Below are positions 18,872 to 26,551 of a stretch of DNA of 64,000 nt, one piece after another. The notes beneath the pieces are model-generated. The model was not told the DNA's origin, did not search any database, and saw only the letters and a list, made by a program, of their open reading frames with translations. Numbering within the stretch: position 1 is the first letter of the stretch; every line of letters begins with the position of its first letter. Source of the stretch: a virus. Its lineage: Duplodnaviria; Caudoviricetes. Location: IMG/VR virus record IMGVR_UViG_3300022555_000032, positions 21,428-85,427 of that record. The stretch is one strand, 5' to 3'. The position numbers were made by a program, and so were the translations under genes.

Positions 18872-19462
18872 TTAATTAATTAAAGCTTCAACAAGATCTG
18901 ATTTACAACCATGTTCATCATCATCTGTAATAAGCTGATTACAGGAAAGGACATTATCATAGATAGCCGACCGCTCGATTTGTTCTTCAAGATACCAATC
19001 AGGAACCAAATTTAAGCCTGTAGGACATACGTTAGCCTTAAGCTGATAGCTTATATCACTTTTAACTGAAGTCTCTTCCAGCGCCTTTATTTTAATGTTC
19101 TGATACTCTTCAGGGAGTAGTTTAGATAACAATGGAACAGCGCTTAGATAAAAGGCATCTAATTCCATTTGAAAGGAGATCTTTTTAAACTGATTGATCA
19201 TTGATAGATAGAATTTAGGCTTTGGCCTATAGAACAATGTACCATCTTCGAGCGTAACCTTCTCTTCAACATAATCCTTAACAAGGACACCGCTCTTGTT
19301 AGTAAATGGATTTGATATAATTATCTTATCTTTGTCAGACTTGATAACATATCCTGCTTTTTCGGCCCAACCAGCTATTAGTTTTGTCTCTGAAGGACGA
19401 AGATCATTACTAAAGTTGTTTAATACAAATTGATTAACAATAAACGAACTATTCTTTTTCAT
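18872..19462 (-). CDS. Hypothetical protein
   Basis: Start moved to MKKNSSF. Confidence 0.7.
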   Translation of the reverse strand: MKKNSSFIVNQFVLNNFSNDLRPSETKLIAGWAEKAGYVIKSDKDKIIISNPFTNKSGVLVKDYVEEKVTLEDGTLFYRPKPKFYLSMINQFKKISFQMELDAFYLSAVPLLSKLLPEEYQNIKIKALEETSVKSDISYQLKANVCPTGLNLVPDWYLEEQIERSAIYDNVLSCNQLITDDDEHGCKSDLVEALIN

Positions 19463-19699
19463 AATACATAGGTTTAATAACGTGAAACTGATTAATAAGA
19501 ACAATACTTATCTCACTATCTACAAGAAGCTAGGCTTTAAAGACTCAAAGCTATTGTCTGCAGTGGAGATGGTGCTGAAAATGCACATTAATGAATTACA
19601 AAAGGAAGTAAAAGGTCCAGGACGGATCCTCATGCCAACCATGCTGATCAAGACAAGACGACCAGACAGAAAGAAAATAAGATGAACATAACCAAAAAG

Positions 19700-19729
19700 A
19701 AAGGCCCGGACATTAAATCCCGGGCCTTT
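19700..19729 (-). terminator. Intrinsic terminator, possibly bidirectional
   Basis: 10-bp stem AAAGGCCCGG/CCGGGCCTTT with A/T tracts both sides. Confidence 0.8.
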
Positions 19730-19765
19730 TAAATAACAGATAATATAAATCAAGTGGCTAAATTA

Positions 19766-20182
19766 TCAGGCTATAGCTTGCCGTTGTATGGAGCCGTTAC
19801 GAGCAACCGGGTTAATAGCCGGATATGTTTTATGGTAGAAAGGATTAACAGGGGAATAAGAAGTATGGCCAAACATAAATTCACTCTTATAAGTTATCCC
19901 TTTTGTCCTTTCGCTCCACATAAGAGCTGAAACACAGATATAATCCTTATACGGATCATCTGCAGGCCGGAATCCCGGGTTATTGGTTGATAAAGCACTC
20001 CAGGATTCTCCTGGCAGGTCGGCAGTCATCGTGGATATATTTATTAAACTAACTGATACATACGTACCAGGTGGCTTAACAATCAATCCAGAAGATGCCT
20101 GAGAGGTCATAACGCTCCCAATCAGCAAGATCATAAGAAGTCCAAAAACTCCGTAGATCCATTTCATTGTTTTCATAGGCAC
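19766..20182 (-). CDS. Secreted/membrane-anchored hypothetical protein
   Basis: N-terminal hydrophobic segment ending SQA. Confidence 0.55.
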   Translation of the reverse strand: MPMKTMKWIYGVFGLLMILLIGSVMTSQASSGLIVKPPGTYVSVSLINISTMTADLPGESWSALSTNNPGFRPADDPYKDYICVSALMWSERTKGITYKSEFMFGHTSYSPVNPFYHKTYPAINPVARNGSIQRQAIA

Positions 20183-20364
20183 TCCTATTGGTTAGTTATT
20201 AATCATCATTTCTCATGTAGATAGGTTAAACTACTGATGATTAGAATCCTATTTTAGTCATAAAAGCAATATAGATATTGATATTAAAAAGAAAGTACAG
20301 TGCTATTAACAAGCACGTTCCACTAACACATATTCCTAAATAATGCCATGGATAATCCTTAATA

Positions 20365-20859
20365 TCAGTTAGGATTGTTTTGATCGTTGATCGGGATAAT
20401 AATCGAATGATCGCAGACGTATGGACATGGTCCGGATCCTTGACTTGGTGTTGCATAGTATAATGTATTAATATTGTTTCCATTACGATCTGTTGAACAT
20501 ACTGTAGAAATGTTAAGAGTACCATCTTTGGCTATAGTTATCCTACAGCCTACGGTTGATTCGCTTTGAAAAAGAATAGACATTGCTTCGTATTGCCAAC
20601 GATTAACTAAGAATGATTTAAATACACCATTAATAGGTGTTGGCTTAGAATTGAGATATTGTTCCTGGAATTCTTTCGCAAGACCATACGAGATAAGCTG
20701 CATAAATGGATTGTTTTGAGGCTGTATAACAGCTTCTTTTAGGTTAGCCGAAGGATATACTGGTTTAGCTTCGTCCTTCTTCGTACAACTCATAATAGAG
20801 AATACAAGCATGTACATCAAAACGCAAAACGCAAAGATTCGTACCTGATGTTTTTTCAT
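20365..20859 (-). CDS. Lipoprotein
   Basis: Signal peptide + IMSC lipobox followed by TKKDE; C-terminal GPCPYVC. Confidence 0.75.
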   Translation of the reverse strand: MKKHQVRIFAFCVLMYMLVFSIMSCTKKDEAKPVYPSANLKEAVIQPQNNPFMQLISYGLAKEFQEQYLNSKPTPINGVFKSFLVNRWQYEAMSILFQSESTVGCRITIAKDGTLNISTVCSTDRNGNNINTLYYATPSQGSGPCPYVCDHSIIIPINDQNNPN

Positions 20860-20900
20860 TGTAACTGTTTTAGTTAATGGTTAATGATTTGAAGAAAAGA

Positions 20901-20975
20901 AAAGAAAGGATGGATAGTAATTGAGGAAATATAGCTACACATTTGTCAACTGATGAGGCACCCATACCTTTCTTT
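20901..20975 (-). promoter_or_regulatory. Leader stem-loop/attenuator or small RNA
   Basis: Outer AAAGAAAGG/CCUUUCUUU stem, inner AAAUGUG/UAUAUUU with G-U pairs valid only on minus strand, followed by U-rich tract. Confidence 0.55.
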
Positions 20976-20990
20976 CTATGAATGGAACAA

Positions 20991-20998
20991 CAAATATA
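20991..20998 (-). promoter_or_regulatory. Bacteroidetes sigma70 -7 element
   Basis: TATATTTG on minus strand (TAnnTTTG consensus). Confidence 0.6.
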
Positions 20999-21128
20999 TA
21001 AAATAAATTATGAAAAATCAGATAAGCAAAAGAAATGAATATGCTAAACGGTATTGATTAAATTTTCCCCTCTCTTTTCAACACCTATGCTTACACCAGC
21101 TTCCTTTCATTTCTTCGCTCAAGACTAA

Positions 21129-21243
21129 GACATATGCTAACTGAGGTAACTAGGAGTTATCACTACCCCATGGATCCAGATTTCGATCCCCATTGTTGCC
21201 TGTTTCACTTGACTCACCCCTTCCCGAGAGGATAACATATGCC
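21129..21243 (-). ncRNA. Candidate structured multibranch RNA
   Basis: Closing stem GGCAUAUGUUA/UUAGCAUAUGUC with G-U pairs only on minus strand; internal hairpins. Confidence 0.45.
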
Positions 21244-21390
21244 TTAAATATCATCTTCTCTTGAATCTATTTCTTTCTCTTTGTTCATAGTCAGCACGAA
21301 CTTCTGCCTCCCTACTTTTATCAGTAATGAAGATGATTGTCTTACCACCATTCAACACTATCGGATATTTGTCTTTTACAGATCCACAAA

Positions 21391-21585
21391 TTACTCAATA
21401 GAATCAAACCATCCGGCAATATATATTGTGGAATCTATGTCAAAGATACAATCTGAAAGCAATTCACAACTAATCCCTTGTTGTTGATCAAGAATATCAA
21501 CCTTAGCTCTCCTTTTACGTTCCATTTCTTTAAACTCTTTTCTAGTTGTAATTCTAGAAGGAGTAACCGCATACCTACGTTTCAT
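21391..21585 (-). CDS. Hypothetical protein, possibly continued in -1 frame to 21251
   Basis: 64 aa ORF; adjacent frame open 21394-21251 without ATG. Confidence 0.4.
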   Translation of the reverse strand: MKRRYAVTPSRITTRKEFKEMERKRRAKVDILDQQQGISCELLSDCIFDIDSTIYIAGWFDSIE

Positions 21586-21620
21586 AAAGATTTAATTAGA
21601 TTGTTAAACAAATGTATGAA

Positions 21621-21716
21621 TTATGATAGAATGTTAGCAATTATTACCAGTGCGCCCATTGCTAAGGCACCAAGAATGATCTTGATAAGTATTACTGGAA
21701 CTTCGACTAGTTTCAT
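21621..21716 (-). CDS. 31 aa hydrophobic membrane peptide (not in ORF track)
   Basis: MKLVEVPVILIKIILGALAMGALVIIANILS, 4 nt after lipoprotein stop. Confidence 0.5.
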   Translation of the reverse strand: MKLVEVPVILIKIILGALAMGALVIIANILS

Positions 21717-21720
21717 ATAG

Positions 21721-22107
21721 CTAATTTTTATAGACTATTGTTAGTTTCAATTGAATGATTGTACCTGGAGATGCATTAAGTCTTCCTATCAGACTATTAT
21801 CATCATTCATTAGATACTTAATATCTAAATTTTGATTAAAATATCCTTTAGATAGGACTATTGAATCAAGATCATTTGATGATTTAGTCTTTAAAAGTAG
21901 TAGAACCGGACTCTTATCTGTATATACTGTACCATTCATACCTAAAACACTAATAGGATTACTCATTAATGTTTTAAAGGTAGGAATATTAAAATCACCA
22001 ACAGGTATTGAGATCTGAATGGTTTGAAAGGGAAGGATATCTGATTGTTCCTGTTTAGAACAAGAGATCAATGCCAAAATGATAATAAGAAACAAAGTTG
22101 TTTTCAT
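21721..22107 (-). CDS. Lipoprotein
   Basis: MKTTLFLIIILALISC lipobox then SKQEQ. Confidence 0.75.
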   Translation of the reverse strand: MKTTLFLIIILALISCSKQEQSDILPFQTIQISIPVGDFNIPTFKTLMSNPISVLGMNGTVYTDKSPVLLLLKTKSSNDLDSIVLSKGYFNQNLDIKYLMNDDNSLIGRLNASPGTIIQLKLTIVYKN

Positions 22108-22150
22108 CGTCTTGATATTAGGTTAATAAATGAATGAATAAGGCTAAAAG

Positions 22151-22226
22151 AAGCCCCTGGATACACGATCGGCGCAAGATGACCCTATGACATATCATCA
22201 ACAGCAACTACGTTCACCAGAGGCTT
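22151..22226 (-). terminator. Large-loop stem followed by U-tract
   Basis: AAGCCUCUGG/CCAGGGGCUU (G-U on minus strand), then CUUUU. Confidence 0.5.
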
Positions 22227-22236
22227 AATGTTATTC

Positions 22237-22409
22237 TTCAAAGAGGGAGAATCGGACTCCCTTTCAGATCTTTCTTCTTCGATTAATCTGTGTACTCCCA
22301 CTGTACGACCTTGCCAGCAATAAGTAAAGATCTCTTGCAGGACTTATATCCTCTTATAAGCCGAATGATATTGATCAAGTGATACAATACTATAGATTGT
22401 ACTCTTTGA
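22237..22409 (-). ncRNA. tRNA-like structured RNA with expanded interior
   Basis: 7-bp UCAAAGA/UCUUUGA acceptor-like stem, stacked 5-bp GGGAG/CUCCC arm with UCCGAUU loop, discriminator A, no encoded CCA, several internal hairpins. Confidence 0.55.
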
Positions 22410-22479
22410 TGCGAACCAGCCACTCATAAGCTATTAAATAGACAAGAGATCTCTTAGGTGATACTTACTTAAGTAATAA

Positions 22480-22761
22480 TCACTCAAGCAATTCTTTTTG
22501 ATTAGAAAACAGATAAACTTTTTTATCTGAAGAAATTTCATGAGAAACACAGGCACGTATACCCTGATATTTAAGTGAATTTAGTCTATTGGGTTCATTA
22601 GTTTCAGTAGGACATACTCCGTATACTTGAAATATACCAGCATCAACCTGAGCAATAAATTGTTTCTGTCCGTCTGTATCTATTAATCCAATACATGCGT
22701 GATCATCAATCTTATCCAATGGTATGACTGGTTCCTGTTGATACTTAATAATTCTTTGCAT
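22480..22761 (-). CDS. Hypothetical protein
   Basis: ORF, ATG at 22761. Confidence 0.65.
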   Translation of the reverse strand: MQRIIKYQQEPVIPLDKIDDHACIGLIDTDGQKQFIAQVDAGIFQVYGVCPTETNEPNRLNSLKYQGIRACVSHEISSDKKVYLFSNQKELLE

Positions 22762-22920
22762 AATCAATTCTCCTTTAAGTTAGTTAAACATTAATACTCT
22801 ATAACTCTACATTCCGGCCCCAACGATCGCATGTACGAACACTTGAACCAGAACTGATGAACAACTCAACTCCACCTGCCAACCTCCCTATATAGCTCGC
22901 TACGCATCCACATCACCATT

Positions 22921-22954
22921 CCCGACCATTATACCCTATTACCCCTTTACCCCC
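22921..22954 (-). other. G-quadruplex-like tract
   Basis: Minus strand GGGGG-TAAA-GGGG-TAATA-GGG-TATAATGGTC-GGG. Confidence 0.4.
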
Positions 22955-23064
22955 ATAATAAACACTATTAAGGTTATCACAAGAGACAAAGGATAGATGA
23001 AAGCCTTATCACTACTGATGTTTCAGCTACTCTTATAGTCTATTATGATAATATCTTAAAAGGT

Positions 23065-23285
23065 ATAAATGATCATCATGAGCTCTCTCTATTAATAGAT
23101 GAATATTAATTGATTAGCTATGTTATTTAGAAAGTACAATTTTACACATGCCTTTTGGGTTGTCTCCACTCGGGAGATAATTAAACTAAAGGTCTGATAA
23201 TCAATCCTAGCATGTCCATTCTAAATAAGGAATTGACTTGTGACTATACCATGTGTATCCCTCCATGCATAAATGATCATTATGA
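23065..23285 (+). repeat. 17-bp direct repeat pair ATAAATGATCATYATGA
   Basis: Copies at 23065-23081 and 23269-23285, one mismatch. Confidence 0.6.
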
Positions 23286-23794
23286 ATGACTCTTGAGCAC
23301 CCTATGAATTGATCCAATAATAATAAGTGTGCGATTTTAGGCACGCCATATATATATAGGAACAATTAAAAAAAATAAACCAAGCACACGTCAGTTCGTG
23401 ATTAAGATCTCTTGTACGGGAATAGCGCGATGAGATCACTTGGTTTAACTCAGGCAATAACTGGTCGCTAACCCTTCTCTTTGGCCTTATATGATCAAGC
23501 GTGTACGATCAATGCCCCCATGATAACATATAATGAATCAGGTCTTATCGTTTGTTCAAAGATACCTGATGATCATCCATCTTTTCTATTTGCTATCAAA
23601 ATCTCAACACATCAAAATAGTGCTGAACATATTGATAACAGTGATTAAGAACAACAAAAATAGTAAAGTTAACTCATTCTCCTTGCGATATAAATAGTTC
23701 TCCCTATGGATGGACGTAATTATAAGCACCAGGAAGAGATGATCGCCATACAAGTATTAACCTCGTCCTATAGATTGACTAGAAGAAAAAAAAG

Positions 23795-23814
23795 TCCTTC
23801 CCCGAAGGGAAGGA
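23795..23814 (-). terminator. Intrinsic terminator with cUUCGg tetraloop
   Basis: 8-bp stem TCCTTCCC/GGGAAGGA, UUCG loop and poly-U on minus strand. Confidence 0.9.
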
Positions 23815-23821
23815 TCTTTTC

Positions 23822-24211
23822 TTAACGGTGGCTTACAACCATCCTGAACGGGAACTGAGGATTACTTGCATCTGCTTCGTAACCAACCTCAACGCCTGCC
23901 TTAAAGCGAACAAAGCCTTCTGCTGAACCTTTCTCAAACAATGGTTCATTGTTGTACTTTGCCTGCCAAACGCCCATAATGGTGCTTGCATAGGTCTTGA
24001 CGTTCTGCCCTGTTAGCCTCATCTTAAGCACGAAGTCAGGCGTATCAACGCCTTTCTTCTTACGCTCGGTGATTGAAACAATGACAGGTGAAACAGGAGA
24101 TATCTCGCTCTTAGGGAGCCATCCTCCAATCTCACTTGGTTTAACATTGTTCAATAAGGACAAAGGAATTTCAATTCCTTGTTCCGTCGATGTTGTTGCT
24201 AAATCGATCAT
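23822..24211 (-). CDS. Hypothetical protein, first gene of leftward arm
   Basis: Likely start MIDLATT after A-rich leader; own terminator. Confidence 0.75.
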   Translation of the reverse strand: MIDLATTSTEQGIEIPLSLLNNVKPSEIGGWLPKSEISPVSPVIVSITERKKKGVDTPDFVLKMRLTGQNVKTYASTIMGVWQAKYNNEPLFEKGSAEGFVRFKAGVEVGYEADASNPQFPFRMVVSHR

Positions 24212-24262
24212 TTTACTTTTTGTTAGGATTGTTAATACTAATTTAATTTTACCCAACCACTC

Positions 24263-24318
24263 GGGAGGTGTAGGGGGGTGCCTGGGGAGAGGGGTATATC
24301 AAATAAAAAAGGGGTGGG
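24263..24318 (+). other. G-quadruplex motif at strand switch
   Basis: GGG-AGGTGTA-GGGGGG-TGCCT-GGGG-AGA-GGGG plus GGGG-T-GGG downstream. Confidence 0.55.
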
Positions 24319-24393
24319 TGTGTTTAAAACTCACTATTGGTATGTTGTTGATAAATTTAATAGAAATGATAAGGGGGTATGTTTGAGTATATG

Positions 24394-24401
24394 TAAATTT
24401 G
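24394..24401 (+). promoter_or_regulatory. Bacteroidetes -7 element
   Basis: TAAATTTG 13 nt before HNH start; a second TATGTTTG at 24378. Confidence 0.5.
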
Positions 24402-24414
24402 TAGAAAAAAGAAT

Positions 24415-24924
24415 ATGAAAAGAGAGTCAGAAGTTTTAATGAAGTATGATGTTACCAAGGATGGTATTGTCTCAAATAGAGAGACTGGTAGGATTTTGAA
24501 GCATCAGGTATCGTATAAGGGGTATCTAAGGGTTGCAGTTTTTCTTGAAGGTAAGCAGCACAATGTACGGATACATAGATTAGTTGCGACTAAGTATGTT
24601 CCCAATCCATTTGAGTATTCTCAGGTGAATCATAAAGATTCTAATAAACAGAACAATCATTATTCTAACCTTGAGTGGTGTACTAATAAGATGAATCACG
24701 ATCATGCAGTTGATAATGGAACAATAATTCATCTCGGTAGTCATGCACCTATGGCAGTATTGAATGAAGAAGAGGTATTGGACATCCGGATTAGATTAAG
24801 GAATGGTGAATCACACAGTAGTCTTTACAATGGGTTTAAGGATAGGATCAGCTGGTGGACCTTCAGGGATATGTTAAGAGGAAAGGCATGGAAGCATGTT
24901 GTTCTTGAAGATTGCAAACAATGA
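24415..24924 (+). CDS. HNH homing endonuclease
   Basis: HRLVA.KYVPNP...QVNHKD.NK.NN..SNLEWCT. Confidence 0.9.
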   Translation: MKRESEVLMKYDVTKDGIVSNRETGRILKHQVSYKGYLRVAVFLEGKQHNVRIHRLVATKYVPNPFEYSQVNHKDSNKQNNHYSNLEWCTNKMNHDHAVDNGTIIHLGSHAPMAVLNEEEVLDIRIRLRNGESHSSLYNGFKDRISWWTFRDMLRGKAWKHVVLEDCKQ

Positions 24925-24975
24925 GATGTTAAAAAAAGATTGATAGGAATGATATGTTGTATTGTACGGGATACT

Positions 24976-24983
24976 TATATTTG
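24976..24983 (+). promoter_or_regulatory. Bacteroidetes -7 element
   Basis: TATATTTG upstream of DUF2829 gene. Confidence 0.6.
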
Positions 24984-25012
24984 CTCTTAGTATTCATTTA
25001 AAGATATGTTAT

Positions 25013-25354
25013 ATGTTATTTAGAGATGTAAGTGGTCAGTTAAGAGATGGGTTGATGGTAAGAAGGACATCGTGGCCGGAGGGTACGTTTATCTTCAGAC
25101 AGGTGCCAGCTATCATCAGCAAGACGATCGTTCCAGGGATGCAGTCTTTACCCGCTGTAGTCAAAGAAGAGTTCCTAAGACGTTTTAAGGACGATTCATA
25201 CCAGGTTAGTGAGATCTATTACAACGATCAGATAGCGATCGTCAACGCTTCCAATTTGATCCAGGGATGGGGCGCATTGCCTGTAGACTTGCTAGCAGAA
25301 GACTGGACCGTCTATTATGTCATTACTAACATCATTCCAGTACCGGAGGGATAG
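25013..25354 (+). CDS. tad2: DUF2829 / Tad2-like signal-sponge anti-defence protein
   Basis: G.MVRR.SW....FRQVPA.I....P.MQSLP ... W....D.LAEDW; start moved to MLFRD. Confidence 0.75.
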   Translation: MLFRDVSGQLRDGLMVRRTSWPEGTFIFRQVPAIISKTIVPGMQSLPAVVKEEFLRRFKDDSYQVSEIYYNDQIAIVNASNLIQGWGALPVDLLAEDWTVYYVITNIIPVPEG

Positions 25355-25355
25355 T

Positions 25356-25529
25356 ATGTGCTACATGGGTGCCAAAGGTAAAGAAGAAAAGAAGTTTAAG
25401 AAACTTGAATGGGAAGGTCATACAGTTAAGATAACTGATGCTAGTCCACTTGATCAGGATGGTCCAAGATGGATAATCATTGATCCGGAAGAGTTCTTTA
25501 AGGAGAAAAGAAACAATGTTCCTCTATAA
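25356..25529 (+). CDS. Hypothetical protein
   Basis: Start moved to MCYMG. Confidence 0.6.
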   Translation: MCYMGAKGKEEKKFKKLEWEGHTVKITDASPLDQDGPRWIIIDPEEFFKEKRNNVPL

Positions 25530-25540
25530 GTTAATTTAAG

Positions 25541-25771
25541 ATGTTTATAGGATACATAAGAGATAAGTTGGCACCACCTATCATAGTACTTATTATCTCG
25601 TCTCTACTGACCTATATCGGCAATATAAAAAGCATGGATAGAGAAGATAACAGGAAGTCAACTGACGATCGCCAGGATGAATGTATCCAAGATAGAATAG
25701 ATCACGACAGAATTCAGGATAGCACAATAGCATTAATTCTTAAATACCAATACGATGGCATTAAACATTGA
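25541..25771 (+). CDS. Small membrane protein
   Basis: N-terminal hydrophobic helix. Confidence 0.6.
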   Translation: MFIGYIRDKLAPPIIVLIISSLLTYIGNIKSMDREDNRKSTDDRQDECIQDRIDHDRIQDSTIALILKYQYDGIKH

Positions 25772-26000
25772 GAACAAACTGCATATGACTCTTCGGGATA
25801 AAGAAGAGAAGAAGATCTATGTAGGAACAACTAAAGAGCCTCTGGCTGAAGCTGCAGGTATCCATGTCAATACTCTATGGAACTATTATAACAGCGCCAT
25901 ATCACAAGGAGGATTCTTTGAAAACGATAGATATATGTTGTTGGTTTCGTGGATCTATGTCAAAGCTAATCGTGGTCGTAAAAGTATTAACTTGACTTAA
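25755..26000 (+). CDS. Hypothetical protein, possible HTH
   Basis: LAEAAGIHVNTLWNY. Confidence 0.6.
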   Translation: MALNIENKLHMTLRDKEEKKIYVGTTKEPLAEAAGIHVNTLWNYYNSAISQGGFFENDRYMLLVSWIYVKANRGRKSINLT

Positions 26001-26023
26001 TCAAAAGAAAACTATTATATTTG
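25992..26023 (+). promoter_or_regulatory. Bacteroidetes sigma70 promoter (-33/-7)
   Basis: TTG at 25992, 21-nt spacer, TATATTTG at 26016. Confidence 0.65.
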
Positions 26024-26040
26024 TTACTCACTACCTCGTC

Positions 26041-26394
26041 ATGCAAAACCAAGAACCTATAGCCAAGACTGATAAGAGATTCAGATTAGAAAGGTTTCAC
26101 TCTCACTTGCTTATTCCATGGAAGATAGCTCAACAAGCGGTTAAAGAAAACGATAGCGAACCTATCTTGCTCTGGATCGATGCCTATCAGACCGGATATC
26201 ATTTTAAGGAAGGAGACGAAGTTGCTCATAAGGAATATCCTATTCAGAAGATGTTCGTCCAAAAGATCTTGGTATCAAATATAACTCGCAAGGACAACAC
26301 TAAACTTGTTAAGATGATAGGGATCCTTTGCCATTGGTTCGAATCTTGTCCATGCATTGATGATGTTAAATATCAATCAAGTGAAAAAGAATAA
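26041..26394 (+). CDS. Hypothetical protein
   Basis: FKEGDEVAHK...CHWF, YodC-like pattern. Confidence 0.65.
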   Translation: MQNQEPIAKTDKRFRLERFHSHLLIPWKIAQQAVKENDSEPILLWIDAYQTGYHFKEGDEVAHKEYPIQKMFVQKILVSNITRKDNTKLVKMIGILCHWFESCPCIDDVKYQSSEKE

Positions 26395-26551
26395 GATTTA
26401 TACACAGCTTTCAAAAGAACATATCTCTAAGATCAATGTTATCATATGTGGCACTCTGTATATCATGCCAGTAGTGTTAATCGAATCAACCAGAGGTACC
26501 GAAATCATTCCAATCAATTAACTAATCTTAAACCTATTAAAAACAGATTCT

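Noticed and set aside
19482-19685. Plus-strand 67 aa ORF before the bidirectional hairpin
   Set aside because: Non-ATG start only about 20 nt from the divergent gene start, no recognisable motif; cannot be supported, though not excluded
20241-20525. 94 aa minus-strand ORF
   Set aside because: Mostly overlaps the lipoprotein gene in another frame, with no convincing start for the hydrophobic tail
20950-20990. Hammerhead ribozyme (CTGATGAG on plus strand)
   Set aside because: No stem II followed by GAAA; the sequence is better explained as the minus-strand leader hairpin
21085-21120. SRP-like GAAAGGAAGC motif on minus strand
   Set aside because: Lacks the CAGG-containing helix 8 pairing
22237-22409. 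Canonical tRNA or tmRNA call
   Set aside because: No single anticodon arm, 173 nt long, U55 changed to C, no G3-U70 and no tag ORF; kept as a tRNA-like ncRNA instead
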